From NCBI GenBank assembly GCA_965243125.1, contig OZ251529.1, forward strand, positions 1,346,492-1,410,491: a stretch of DNA of 64,000 bases, written 5' to 3'. The notes under the pieces are model-generated. The model made no database searches and was not told where the DNA came from. It saw only the letters and a program-made list of their open reading frames with translations. This document shows positions 38,534 to 47,781 of the stretch, in pieces; position 1 is the first letter of the stretch, and each line of letters starts with the position of its first letter. The translations under genes and the position numbers were made by a program. This DNA comes from Dehalococcoidia bacterium (GTDB lineage Bacteria; Chloroflexota; Dehalococcoidia; Bin125).

Positions 38534-40960
38534 ATGCCTCCCGACAATCCACTCCCGCTCGACGGCGTCCGCGTACTCGACCTCGCCGACAATCGCGCAG
38601 CGCTCGCCGGACGACTGCTCGCCGACCTCGGCGCGGAAGTCACGCTGATCGAGCCGCCCGGCGGCGTGAATACACGGCGGCAAGCGCCGTTCGTTGACGA
38701 CCAGCCTGGATCGGAGCGTTCGTATCAGCACCTGTACTTCAATGCCAACAAACATTCTCTCGTCGTCGATCTCCAAACGCAGAGCGGAGTAACTCAACTC
38801 CGCCAACTCGCCCGCGCCGCCGACATCCTGATCGAAACCCGCCAACCCGGCGAGCTGACCGCGCTCGGACTCGGTTACGACGATCTCCGCGCCGTCAACC
38901 CGCACCTGATCTACATCTCCGCCACTCCCTACGGCCAACGCGGCCCCAACCGCAACCGGCGCGCCACCGACCTCACCACCCAGGCCGCCGCCGGCCTGCT
39001 GCATGTTTCCGGCCACCCCGACGACCCGCCCACGCGCGGACCCGCTCACACCACGCACACGATGACCGGCCTCACCGCCGCCACCGCCGCGATGATTTGT
39101 CTGCACGGGCGCGATCGCTCTCCCGCGCGCCCCGGCGCACACATCGATATCTCAATGCAGGAAGCGACATCGTTCCAGCTCGTCCAAACCTCCAACCCCA
39201 ACGTCTGGCTCTGGCGCAAAGAACGCCCCGTGCGCCCCGCGCTCAGCCAAACGATCCGCTGCATGGACGGCAAGTGGGCCGCCTGTAACATTCGCGGCGA
39301 CGGCCTCGATACCTTCCTCCCGCTGCTCGACGCCGTGGGCATCGAACACGGCCTCACGCCCGACGACTGGCTCGTGCTCCACGCCGGCGACCGCGCCGCC
39401 TGGCAGTACCTCGACAACCCGCTCCAAGACCTGGCCAAACAACTCGCCGCGCGTATGAACCGCGACGACTTCCTGCGTGCGCTCCAGGCCGACGGACACC
39501 CCGCCATGCCCACCTACAGCTTCGACGAGTTCGCCGAATCGGAACACTACCAACACGCCGGACAGTTCCGCGACATCGCCGTCCCCGCCCTCCAACACAC
39601 GGTGAGCTACAGTCGCAGCCCACTCGATCCCGTCCAGTCCCCGCTGCCAATCGCGCCCGCGCCCAAACTCGGCTCAGCGCCGCCCGTACCGCCGCCCGCC
39701 GATAACGGCGCGCAACCGTCCAGCCCTCAGCCGATGCCGCTCCAACCGCTCGCCGGCATCCGCGTGCTCGACCTCACCTGGGTCGCGGCCGGCCCGCTCG
39801 GTGCCCGCATCCTCGCCAACTTCGGCGCGGAAGTGATCAAAATCGAGTCGATGGCCCGCATCGACCCCGTCCGCAACCAACCAATTCCCGGCGGACGTTT
39901 CGACGTCAACCTTCCCGACCTCTTCAACGACGCCAACACCAACAAAAAGTCGGTCACGCTCGACCTCAGCGCCGAGCGCGGCAAAGAACTCTTCCGCGAT
40001 CTCGCCGCCACGGCCGATGTCATCGTCAACAACTACAGCGCCGGCTCGATGGAGCGTATGGGCCTGCCCTACGCGCAGCTGCGCGAGCGCAACTCCGGCC
40101 TGGTGTTACTCCACCTGCCCGGCGTCGGCGGCGACAGCCCCTGGCGCAAACTGCCCACCCTCGGCAACCTCCTGATGGCCGCCTCCGGCATGAACTTCCT
40201 GATGGGCTTCACCGACCGCGAGCCGCGCGGTGTCGGCGTCGCATACCCCGATTTCACCTCGCCCCACCTGCTCGCCGTCAGCGTGCTCGCTGCGCTCCGC
40301 GCCCGCGAACGCACCGGCCGCGGACGCGAAATCGAACTTTCCCAACTCTCCGCCACCGTCGCCCTCTGCGGCGCAGAGTGGATGCGCTACGCACACGACG
40401 GAAACTTGCCCGAACGCCCCGGCAACCGCGACCCCAACCTGTGCCCGCACGGCATCTACCAAACCGCCCCCGACCACGACGCCGACGATCGCTGGGTCGC
40501 GATCGCGGTAGACGGCGACAGCCAGTGGTCCGCCTTCGCAACCGCAATCGGCCGCCCCGACTTTGCCGCCGATCCGCGCTTCGCAACCCACCAACAACGC
40601 AAAACCAACGAAGACGAGCTCGACGCGCTCATCATTGAATGGACCAAAACCCGCGACCGCTGGCAAATCGCCGAGCTCCTACAGAACGCCGGCATCGCCG
40701 CCAGCCCCGTCGAAGACCTCCGCGACATGATGGAACTCGACGACCACTTCAAACGTCACTACCAATACCTGCATCAGCCCACCGACCCCGACTTTAAGAT
40801 CGCGGTGGACGCGGAGGCGATCCGCTTCGCCCACGAGCAGGACCGAATCCTCACCCGCGCCCCCATGCTCGGCGAGCACAGCGAATACGCCCTCCGCCAA
40901 ATCCTCAACCTCTCCCAAACCGAGTTCGACGCCCTCATAGTCGAAGGCGTAATCAACTAG
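38534..40960 (+). CDS. Double-domain CoA-transferase family III
   Basis: Two CaiB units: LDGVRVLDL...NANKHS and LAGIRVLDL...NTNKKSVTLDL. Confidence 0.9.
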   Translation: MPPDNPLPLDGVRVLDLADNRAALAGRLLADLGAEVTLIEPPGGVNTRRQAPFVDDQPGSERSYQHLYFNANKHSLVVDLQTQSGVTQLRQLARAADILIETRQPGELTALGLGYDDLRAVNPHLIYISATPYGQRGPNRNRRATDLTTQAAAGLLHVSGHPDDPPTRGPAHTTHTMTGLTAATAAMICLHGRDRSPARPGAHIDISMQEATSFQLVQTSNPNVWLWRKERPVRPALSQTIRCMDGKWAACNIRGDGLDTFLPLLDAVGIEHGLTPDDWLVLHAGDRAAWQYLDNPLQDLAKQLAARMNRDDFLRALQADGHPAMPTYSFDEFAESEHYQHAGQFRDIAVPALQHTVSYSRSPLDPVQSPLPIAPAPKLGSAPPVPPPADNGAQPSSPQPMPLQPLAGIRVLDLTWVAAGPLGARILANFGAEVIKIESMARIDPVRNQPIPGGRFDVNLPDLFNDANTNKKSVTLDLSAERGKELFRDLAATADVIVNNYSAGSMERMGLPYAQLRERNSGLVLLHLPGVGGDSPWRKLPTLGNLLMAASGMNFLMGFTDREPRGVGVAYPDFTSPHLLAVSVLAALRARERTGRGREIELSQLSATVALCGAEWMRYAHDGNLPERPGNRDPNLCPHGIYQTAPDHDADDRWVAIAVDGDSQWSAFATAIGRPDFAADPRFATHQQRKTNEDELDALIIEWTKTRDRWQIAELLQNAGIAASPVEDLRDMMELDDHFKRHYQYLHQPTDPDFKIAVDAEAIRFAHEQDRILTRAPMLGEHSEYALRQILNLSQTEFDALIVEGVIN

Positions 40961-40985
40961 CCCTTCCAGGCAAAGGGCCGTTCGG

Positions 40986-41143
40986 AATCGCCCCCCTATG
41001 CAGGGGGATGTCCGCGCAGGGGGGCTAGGGGGTCGGTCTGCCGTCGCCCCCAGCCTGCGAGAAGCTGTGCCCCTCTCCCCCCCTCATCGTGCGGGACACC
41101 TTCTGACCTCTCCCCCCATCCTGGGGGGAGATTGAGAGGGGGG
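40986..41143 (+). repeat. REP-like elements: family D (tcgcccccctatgcaggggg...ggtcgg, 40986-41036) and family E (ctccccccatcctggggggag, 41107-41143)
   Basis: Family D matches 48815-48865(-) and 52137-52190; family E matches 47924-47958(-). Confidence 0.8.
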
Positions 41144-41177
41144 ATCGCCCCTCACCGCCGCAAGAAAGAGACGCCCC

Positions 41178-42044
41178 TCACTCAACCACCTCCACCGCAT
41201 CCCCCACCGACACCTCCGCGCTGCTCAGCACATTCGCGTACGCCCCAAGGTGCTGCTTGGTGTGCTCGATCAGCGCCCGCCCGACCGCCCCGCTGCGCTC
41301 CAGCCCGCGCTGCCGGTGCGAGGGCACCGAGCAGCGCACCGTGGTCGTCTTCACCTCGATCTCCGCCGCCCCGATCCGCAGTCGCCGACCGGCCCACTCC
41401 ACCTCCGGCAGACCCTCCGCGTCGCCCGTGTCGATCAGGATGTTCGGCCGGAAGCGGCGGATATCCACATCGTCCCCCGCCCCAAAGCCGCTCAGGGTCG
41501 CCAGCGACGCCGTGCTCAGCACGTGCAGCGGATAGCAGTCGAAGTAGGTGCCGGGCGGCGTCGAGAATCGCCCCAGGTCCTCGGGCAGGCCGCTCAGGTC
41601 GGGAAGCGGATCGTCCTCGCGCAGGCCGAACACTTCCCGCAGCGCCGCGATCGGGTCGACATTTGGATCCCCCGGCGCGCGGCGGTAGTGCTCCAGATCG
41701 TCGGCCGGGTGTAGCGGCGTCAGCGCGACCTCGCGCTCCAGCGCAGCGGAGAGCAGCTCGGCGGCGTTGGCTGCGTCGCTGCCCACTGCTGCGCCGTCCG
41801 GCAGGCTCAGTTCAACCCGCGGCGAGCGCCGGTCGGCGGCCGGCTCCTCTGCGTAGCGCGCCGCGCACTGCAACAACCGCGGAATCTGCCGCGCGCTGCG
41901 CGTCTCGTCGGCCTCGCGGTCTCGCACCGCCCAGCCGCGATCACCGACAATTCCGTTGGCGTCGAGCAACGAGCGCTCAACGCGCTCCCCACCCATCGAC
42001 TTCACCGGGTACCGCCAGATTTCCGTCACTCGGCCCACCTGCAT
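41178..42044 (-). CDS. MOSC domain-containing protein
   Basis: EIWRYPVKSMGGE, GDRGWAV, FDCYPLHVL, RRFRPNI, RCSV. Confidence 0.9.
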   Translation of the reverse strand: MQVGRVTEIWRYPVKSMGGERVERSLLDANGIVGDRGWAVRDREADETRSARQIPRLLQCAARYAEEPAADRRSPRVELSLPDGAAVGSDAANAAELLSAALEREVALTPLHPADDLEHYRRAPGDPNVDPIAALREVFGLREDDPLPDLSGLPEDLGRFSTPPGTYFDCYPLHVLSTASLATLSGFGAGDDVDIRRFRPNILIDTGDAEGLPEVEWAGRRLRIGAAEIEVKTTTVRCSVPSHRQRGLERSGAVGRALIEHTKQHLGAYANVLSSAEVSVGDAVEVVE

Positions 42045-42183
42045 CGCGCACTCTCCGTCCTGCAACGTATGCCGCGCTACAGAGCGCGATCACGGGCGAG
42101 GGTAGCGCAATCGCCAATCTGTACCGATCTGGTACGATTAGTCAAGATTCGCACCGACCGCCGCCAACCGCCCGGAAGCGCCG

Positions 42184-43119
42184 ATGGTCAGCAGCACGCT
42201 CGCGCCGCCCAAGCCCGACCTGCGCGCCGAGTCCCTCGCCTGGCTCGAGGCCGAGGGCATCCACATCATCCGCGAGGTCGCCGCCGAGTGCGAGCGCCCC
42301 GTCCTGCTCTTCTCCGGCGGCAAAGACTCAATCGTGATGCTGCGCCTCGCTGAGAAAGCCTTCTGGCCGGCCCGCATCCCCTTCCCCGTCATGCATGTCG
42401 ACACCGGCCACAACTTCGCCGAAGCCATCGAGTTTCGCGATCGCCGCGCGGCCGAGCTCGAGGTCGAACTGATCGTCGCCTCCGTGCAGGACAGCATCGA
42501 CGCCGGCCGCGTCGTGGAGGAAACGGGCCCGCGCGCCTCGCGCAACCGCCTGCAGACGGTCACCCTGCTCGACGCCATCGCCGAACACCGCTTCGACGCG
42601 CTGTTCGGCGGCGCGCGCCGCGACGAGGAAAAAGCCCGCGCTAAAGAGCGCATCTTCTCCTTCCGCGACGCCTTCGGACAGTGGGACCCCAAGCGCCAGC
42701 GCCCCGAACTCTGGAACCTCTACAACGGCAGCCTACGCCCCGGCGAGCACATCCGCGCCTTCCCCCTCTCCAACTGGACCGAACTCGATGTCTGGCAGTA
42801 CATCCGCGACGAAGCGCTCGAGATCCCCTCAATCTATTTCGCGCATGAGCGCGAGATGTTCGAGCGCGACGGCATGCTCTTCCCCGTCAGCCCCTACGTC
42901 GAACGGCTGCCCGATGAAGCGCCGTTCCACGCCCAGGTGCGCTTCCGCACCGTCGGCGACATGACCTGCACCGCCGGCGTGCGCTCCACCGCAAGCACCA
43001 TTGAGGCCGTGGTGGCCGAAATCGCCGCCACGCGAATCACCGAGCGCGGCGAAACCCGCGCCGACGACCGCTTCTCCGAGGCTGCGATGGAAGATCGCAA
43101 GCGCGAGGGGTACTTCTAA
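42184..43119 (+). CDS. cysD: Sulfate adenylyltransferase subunit 2
   Basis: LFSGGKDS, HVDTGHNF, GGARRDEEKARAKER, FRTVGD, EDRKREGYF. Confidence 0.97.
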   Translation: MVSSTLAPPKPDLRAESLAWLEAEGIHIIREVAAECERPVLLFSGGKDSIVMLRLAEKAFWPARIPFPVMHVDTGHNFAEAIEFRDRRAAELEVELIVASVQDSIDAGRVVEETGPRASRNRLQTVTLLDAIAEHRFDALFGGARRDEEKARAKERIFSFRDAFGQWDPKRQRPELWNLYNGSLRPGEHIRAFPLSNWTELDVWQYIRDEALEIPSIYFAHEREMFERDGMLFPVSPYVERLPDEAPFHAQVRFRTVGDMTCTAGVRSTASTIEAVVAEIAATRITERGETRADDRFSEAAMEDRKREGYF

Positions 43120-43122
43120 GCC

Positions 43123-44424
43123 GTGCCGTCCCACGCCGACTCCACCGTGCAGGGAGCGACTCCGACCGTGCTGCGCCTGGCCACGGCCGGCTCCGTGGAC
43201 GACGGCAAAAGCACCCTGATCGGCCGGCTGCTGTTTGACTCGCGGCAGACCTTCATCGACCAGATGGAGGCGATCGAGCGCACCAGCCGCTCGCGTGGCA
43301 CGGACTACGTAGACCTGGCGCTGCTCACCGACGGCCTGCGCTCCGAGCGCGAGCAGGGCATCACGATCGACGTCGCCTACCGCTACTTCCAGACCCCGCG
43401 CCGCAAGTTCATCCTCGCCGACACGCCCGGCCACGTGCAGTACACCCGCAACATGGTCACCGGCGCATCAACCGCCGACGCCGCGCTGCTGCTGGTCGAC
43501 GCCCGCAACGGCGTAGTCGAGCAGACCCGACGCCACGCCTACCTCTCCGCCCTGCTCGGCATCCGCCACTTTGTGCTCTGCGTCAACAAAATGGACCTCG
43601 TCGACTGGGACCGCGGCGCGTATGGGCCGATCGTCGAAGAACTGACCCGCTTCGCCGGCCGGATGGGCGTCGACGATGTCCGCAGCATCCCCATCTCCGC
43701 GCTGCACGGAAACAACGTCGTCGAGCGCTCCGCCCGCGCCGACTGGTACGACGGTCCGGCCCTGCTCGAGCTGCTCGAGAATCTGGATGTGGCCGAGCGC
43801 GAGGCGTCGGTCGGCGGGCGCTTCCCAGTGCAATACATAATCCGCCCGCAGCGCAGCGACTTTCCCGACTACCGCGGTTACGCCGGCGCCGTCGCCGCCG
43901 GCGCGCTGCGCGTCGGCGACGCCGTGCGCGTCCTGCCGGCCGGACATGAAACCACGATTACCGCAATCGACACCTTCAACGGCCCCGTCGCGCAGGCCGA
44001 ACCCCCGATGGCCGTCACACTCCGTCTGGCCGATGATCTCGATGTCGCGCGCGGCTCCATGATCTGCGCCGCCGACGGCCCGGGCCCGCCGCCCGTCGCA
44101 GCCGGCGCAATCGAGGCGCACATCTGTTGGATGAGCGGAGAGACAGCGATGCAGCAGGGCGGGCGGCTGCTGATTAAGCACACCACCCAAACCACCCGCG
44201 CGCTCGTCGACGAAATCACCGCCCGGCTTGATGTCAACACCCTGGAGTACGATCTCACCGCGCGCCAGCTCTCACTCAACGAGATCGGCCGCGTCCGCCT
44301 GCGCCTGATGTCGCCTCTCTGCGTCGATCCCTACACGCAGAGCCGCGCCACCGGCGCGTTCATCCTGATCGACGAAGCGACCCGCGCCACTGTTGGCGCG
44401 GGAATGGTGGAAGGCGCCGAATGA
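43123..44424 (+). CDS. cysN: Sulfate adenylyltransferase subunit 1 (GTPase), no fused APS kinase
   Basis: TAGSVDDGKSTLIGRLL, EREQGITIDVAYRYF, DTPGH, NKMD. Confidence 0.95.
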   Translation: MPSHADSTVQGATPTVLRLATAGSVDDGKSTLIGRLLFDSRQTFIDQMEAIERTSRSRGTDYVDLALLTDGLRSEREQGITIDVAYRYFQTPRRKFILADTPGHVQYTRNMVTGASTADAALLLVDARNGVVEQTRRHAYLSALLGIRHFVLCVNKMDLVDWDRGAYGPIVEELTRFAGRMGVDDVRSIPISALHGNNVVERSARADWYDGPALLELLENLDVAEREASVGGRFPVQYIIRPQRSDFPDYRGYAGAVAAGALRVGDAVRVLPAGHETTITAIDTFNGPVAQAEPPMAVTLRLADDLDVARGSMICAADGPGPPPVAAGAIEAHICWMSGETAMQQGGRLLIKHTTQTTRALVDEITARLDVNTLEYDLTARQLSLNEIGRVRLRLMSPLCVDPYTQSRATGAFILIDEATRATVGAGMVEGAE

Positions 44425-45347
44425 GGGCTGCACGGATCGCGTCGATCGCTGCCTGCTTGACCGCAGCACTGGCGATCGTGGCAAGCGCCTGCGCCGACCA
44501 GCAGACTCCGCCCGCGCCCCAAGACCCCGACACGCTGATCCTCGCAACCACGACCAGCCTCAACGACAGCGGCCTGCTCGACGAGATAGCCCCGATCTTC
44601 GAGGCCGAGCAGGGAGTCGACGTCAAAATCATCGCCGTCGGCACCGGCGCGGCCCTGCTCATGGGCGAGCGCGGCGAAGCCGATGTCCTGCTCGTCCACG
44701 CGCCCGACGCCGAGCGCGCCCTGCTCGAAAACGGCGATGTCAGCGATCGGATCCTGATCGCCTATAACGATTTTGCAATCGTCGGCCCCGCATCCGACCC
44801 CGCCGGAGTGCGCGGCATGACCGACGCCGCAGCCGCGCTGGCCCGGATCAGCGCGCGCAATGAGGCGGCGACCAATGAGGCCGACAGCGGGGCAAGTGCG
44901 CCCTTCGCCTCCCGCGGCGACGACAGCGGCACGCACAAGAAAGAGCGCGCGCTCTGGCAGGCCGGCGGTGTTGAACCATCCGGCGAGTGGTATCTGCAAA
45001 CCGGGCAGGGGATGGGCGCAACGCTGAATGTCGCCGACCAACGCGCCGCCTACACCCTGACCGACCGCGGCACCTTTCTGGCGCTGGGCGGACGGCTCCA
45101 ACTCGTCGTGCTGGTCGAGGGCGACGCGCGCCTGCTCAACTACTACAGCGTGCTGCCGGTCTCGCCCGACAAGGGCGGAATCAACGCCGAAGCGGCGGCG
45201 GCCTGGGCCGCCTTTCTGGCGCGCGCCGACATTCAGCAGCGGATCGGCGAATACCGCCGCGCGGAGTACGGGCGCTCTCTGTTCATCCCCGCTGCGGGCG
45301 ATAGCGAAGAGGCGATCGCCGCGCGCGGCGGCGCGCCGCGCAAGTAG
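44421..45347 (+). CDS. tupA: Tungstate ABC transporter substrate-binding lipoprotein
   Basis: ATTTS motif, AVGTGAAL, SRGDDSGTH, YTLTDRGT. Confidence 0.88.
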   Translation: MRAARIASIAACLTAALAIVASACADQQTPPAPQDPDTLILATTTSLNDSGLLDEIAPIFEAEQGVDVKIIAVGTGAALLMGERGEADVLLVHAPDAERALLENGDVSDRILIAYNDFAIVGPASDPAGVRGMTDAAAALARISARNEAATNEADSGASAPFASRGDDSGTHKKERALWQAGGVEPSGEWYLQTGQGMGATLNVADQRAAYTLTDRGTFLALGGRLQLVVLVEGDARLLNYYSVLPVSPDKGGINAEAAAAWAAFLARADIQQRIGEYRRAEYGRSLFIPAAGDSEEAIAARGGAPRK

Positions 45348-45395
45348 CCTCCGCTCAGGACGGCGGCGCGACCGGTTCGCGCGGGAGGCCGGGCA

Positions 45396-46091
45396 ATGGA
45401 GCTGATCTGGGACGGCTTACGGGAGGCCGCGCGGCTGCTCGCGCAGGGCGACGCAGAGGTGATCGAAATCACCCTGCGCACCCTCGCCGTCTCCGCCTCT
45501 GCGACCGCCCTGGCTCTCGTTCTCGGCGTCCCGTTCGGCGCGCTGCTGGCCCTCCGCCGCTTCCCCGGACGCGGCCTGCTCGTCGCCGCCGTCAACACCG
45601 GCCTGGGCATGCCGCCCGTCGTCGTCGGCCTGCTGATCGTCCTGATCCTTTGGCGCAGCGGACCGCTCGGGCAGCTCAACCTGATCTACACCCCCTACGC
45701 CATGGTCGCCGCCCAGTTCCTGCTCGCGCTCCCGCTCGTGATCGGCTTCTCGCTCACCGCCATTCAGTCGCTGCCCGCCAAACTGCTCGACCAGATGCGC
45801 GCCCTGGGCGCGAACCGCGCCCAGATGCTCTGGCTGATGATGCGCGAAACCCGGCTCGGCATCCTCGCCGCCGTGATGGCCGGCTTCGGCGCCGCCATCT
45901 CCGAAGTCGGCGCGTCCATGCAGGTCGGCGGCAACCTCGCCGGCGATACCCGCGTGCTGACCACCGCCACCGTGCTCGAAACCAGCCGCGGCAACTTCGA
46001 GCTCGCTATCGCCCTCAGCCTCATCCTCGTCGTGATGGCCTACCTCGTGAACCTCGTGCTGACCACCGTCCAGCAGCGTCGCCCCGCCTGA
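45396..46091 (+). CDS. tupB: Tungstate ABC transporter permease
   Basis: GMPPVVVGL, GFGAAISEVGA, VGGNL, TRVLTTA. Confidence 0.88.
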   Translation: MELIWDGLREAARLLAQGDAEVIEITLRTLAVSASATALALVLGVPFGALLALRRFPGRGLLVAAVNTGLGMPPVVVGLLIVLILWRSGPLGQLNLIYTPYAMVAAQFLLALPLVIGFSLTAIQSLPAKLLDQMRALGANRAQMLWLMMRETRLGILAAVMAGFGAAISEVGASMQVGGNLAGDTRVLTTATVLETSRGNFELAIALSLILVVMAYLVNLVLTTVQQRRPA

Positions 46092-46101
46092 GCCGCCCGC
46101 C

Positions 46102-47223
46102 GTGTCCGCCCCCGCCCCCGCCGATCCGCACCTCGAAATCCGCGATCTGGTCGTGGAACGCGGCGGGCGCGAAGTGCTCGCCGCGCCCCAAATGCAATTT
46201 GGCCGCCGCGAAGTCACCGCCGTGATCGGACCCAACGGCGCCGGCAAAAGCACCCTGCTCGCCGCTCTCCAGCTGTTGCTGCCGCTCAAGCGGGGCGAAT
46301 TGCTCCTGGACGGCGAACCGATCACGGCCGACCCCGTCGCCGCCCGCCGCCGAATGGCCGCTGCCTTTCAGGAACCGCTCCTGCTCAGCATGTCCGTGCG
46401 CGAAAACGTCGAGCTGCCCCTCCGCCTGCGCGGCGTCGGGCGCGGCGAACGCCGCCGCGCCGCCGAACAGTGGCTTGAGCGCTTCGGCGTCGCCCTGCTG
46501 GCGCGCAGGCCGGCGCGGGCCCTGTCCGGCGGCGAGGCGCAGCGCGTCAGCCTCGCCCGCGCCTTCGCTGCCCGCCCCGAACTGCTGCTGCTCGACGAGC
46601 CGTTCGCCGGCCTCGACGCTCCCACGCGCGCGCAGCTGCTCGACGACTTCGCCCGCATCCTCTCCGAGGCGCGCCCAACTACGATCCTCGTCACCCACGA
46701 CCGCAGCGAAGCGCTGCGCCTCGCCGACCGCGTCGCCGTGCTGATCGACGGTCGGCTGCGCCAGTGGGGCGCGCCGCAGGACGTATTTAGCGCGCCCGCC
46801 GACCAGCAGGTGGCGGAGTTCGTCGGCGTCGAAAACGTCTGGCCGGCCCGACTCCTCGAGCTGCGCGACGGCCTGGCGATCTGGCGCGCCGGTCCGCTCA
46901 CGATCGAGTCCGCCCCACTCGACGGCGTCGACGCCTCGTTCGTCTGCGTGCGGCCCGAGCAGGTCACGCTCTCGCCCCACACCCGCGCCGCCGATCGCTC
47001 CAGCGCCCGCAACCGCGCCGTCGGCCGCATCAGCGCCGCCTACAGCGAGGGCGCGTTCATGCGCGTCACGCTCGATCTCGATCAGGACGGAACGCGCTTG
47101 AGCGCCGACATCTCCCGTATCTCCTGGGACGAGCTGGGTCTTGCCGAGGGACACACAGTCGAGGGCGCATTCAAGGCCAGCGCCGTACATGTCATCCCCA
47201 GCGTCGAGCGCCCCGCCCCCTGA
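46102..47223 (+). CDS. tupC: Tungstate ABC transporter ATP-binding protein with TOBE domain
   Basis: GPNGAGKST, LSGGEAQR, LLLLDEPF, C-terminal TOBE FKASAVH. Confidence 0.85.
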   Translation: MSAPAPADPHLEIRDLVVERGGREVLAAPQMQFGRREVTAVIGPNGAGKSTLLAALQLLLPLKRGELLLDGEPITADPVAARRRMAAAFQEPLLLSMSVRENVELPLRLRGVGRGERRRAAEQWLERFGVALLARRPARALSGGEAQRVSLARAFAARPELLLLDEPFAGLDAPTRAQLLDDFARILSEARPTTILVTHDRSEALRLADRVAVLIDGRLRQWGAPQDVFSAPADQQVAEFVGVENVWPARLLELRDGLAIWRAGPLTIESAPLDGVDASFVCVRPEQVTLSPHTRAADRSSARNRAVGRISAAYSEGAFMRVTLDLDQDGTRLSADISRISWDELGLAEGHTVEGAFKASAVHVIPSVERPAP

Positions 47224-47288
47224 CCTACTGCGCCCTGACCTGCCGCGGCCCGACCGCCGCGCCGCGGCTAAGCGCCGCGGTGCAAGCC

Positions 47289-47597
47289 TCAGCGCCGCCG
47301 CCGGGACGGCCCTCGGCTCGGCTCCTCCGAAAGCTCAACGCCGAACAACGCCGCGAGCTCCGCACGGCTCGGCTCGGTGGCGACATGCTCGCCGTTGATC
47401 AAAATCGTCGGCGTCGAGCGGTTGCCCCGATTCAGCGCCTCCACCGCCCGCGCCGCCTCCTCATCCTCATCAATGTCAACGCTCCGATACGCAATCCCAT
47501 GCTCATCGAGAAAGCGAACCGCGCGTCGACTGTCCCCGCACCACTCGGTGGTGTACATCAGCACATCGCGCTCATGAGGGCCTGTCGTATCCGCCAT
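47289..47597 (-). CDS. Glutaredoxin/mycoredoxin-like protein (CxxS)
   Basis: MYTTEWCGDS, VDID, GNRSTPTI. Confidence 0.82.
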   Translation of the reverse strand: MADTTGPHERDVLMYTTEWCGDSRRAVRFLDEHGIAYRSVDIDEDEEAARAVEALNRGNRSTPTILINGEHVATEPSRAELAALFGVELSEEPSRGPSRRRR

Positions 47598-47781
47598 ACC
47601 CCCAGCCTACTCCGTCCCGCTCAACATCGCCCCCCTGCGCGCCATCGCTCAAGGTCTGCTGGACGCGGAGCATGAGTGAGCAAGCCGCCGAGGCGCCGGA
47701 GCGCGTCATCGGCGGACACGGCGACGCCTCCCCCGTCGGGGTCGGCGTTGCGATTCGGTGGTGTGGTGGGGCTGGGTAGGA

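Noticed and set aside
47289-47597. Selenocysteine in the glutaredoxin-like active site
   Set aside because: Codons read TGC GGG GAC AGT (CGDS) with no in-frame TGA.
47621-47720. Small minus-strand ORF (VSADDALRRLGG...) with a GGGAGG RBS-like sequence
   Set aside because: About 32 codons with no recognisable motif; it may be a gene remnant but cannot be supported.
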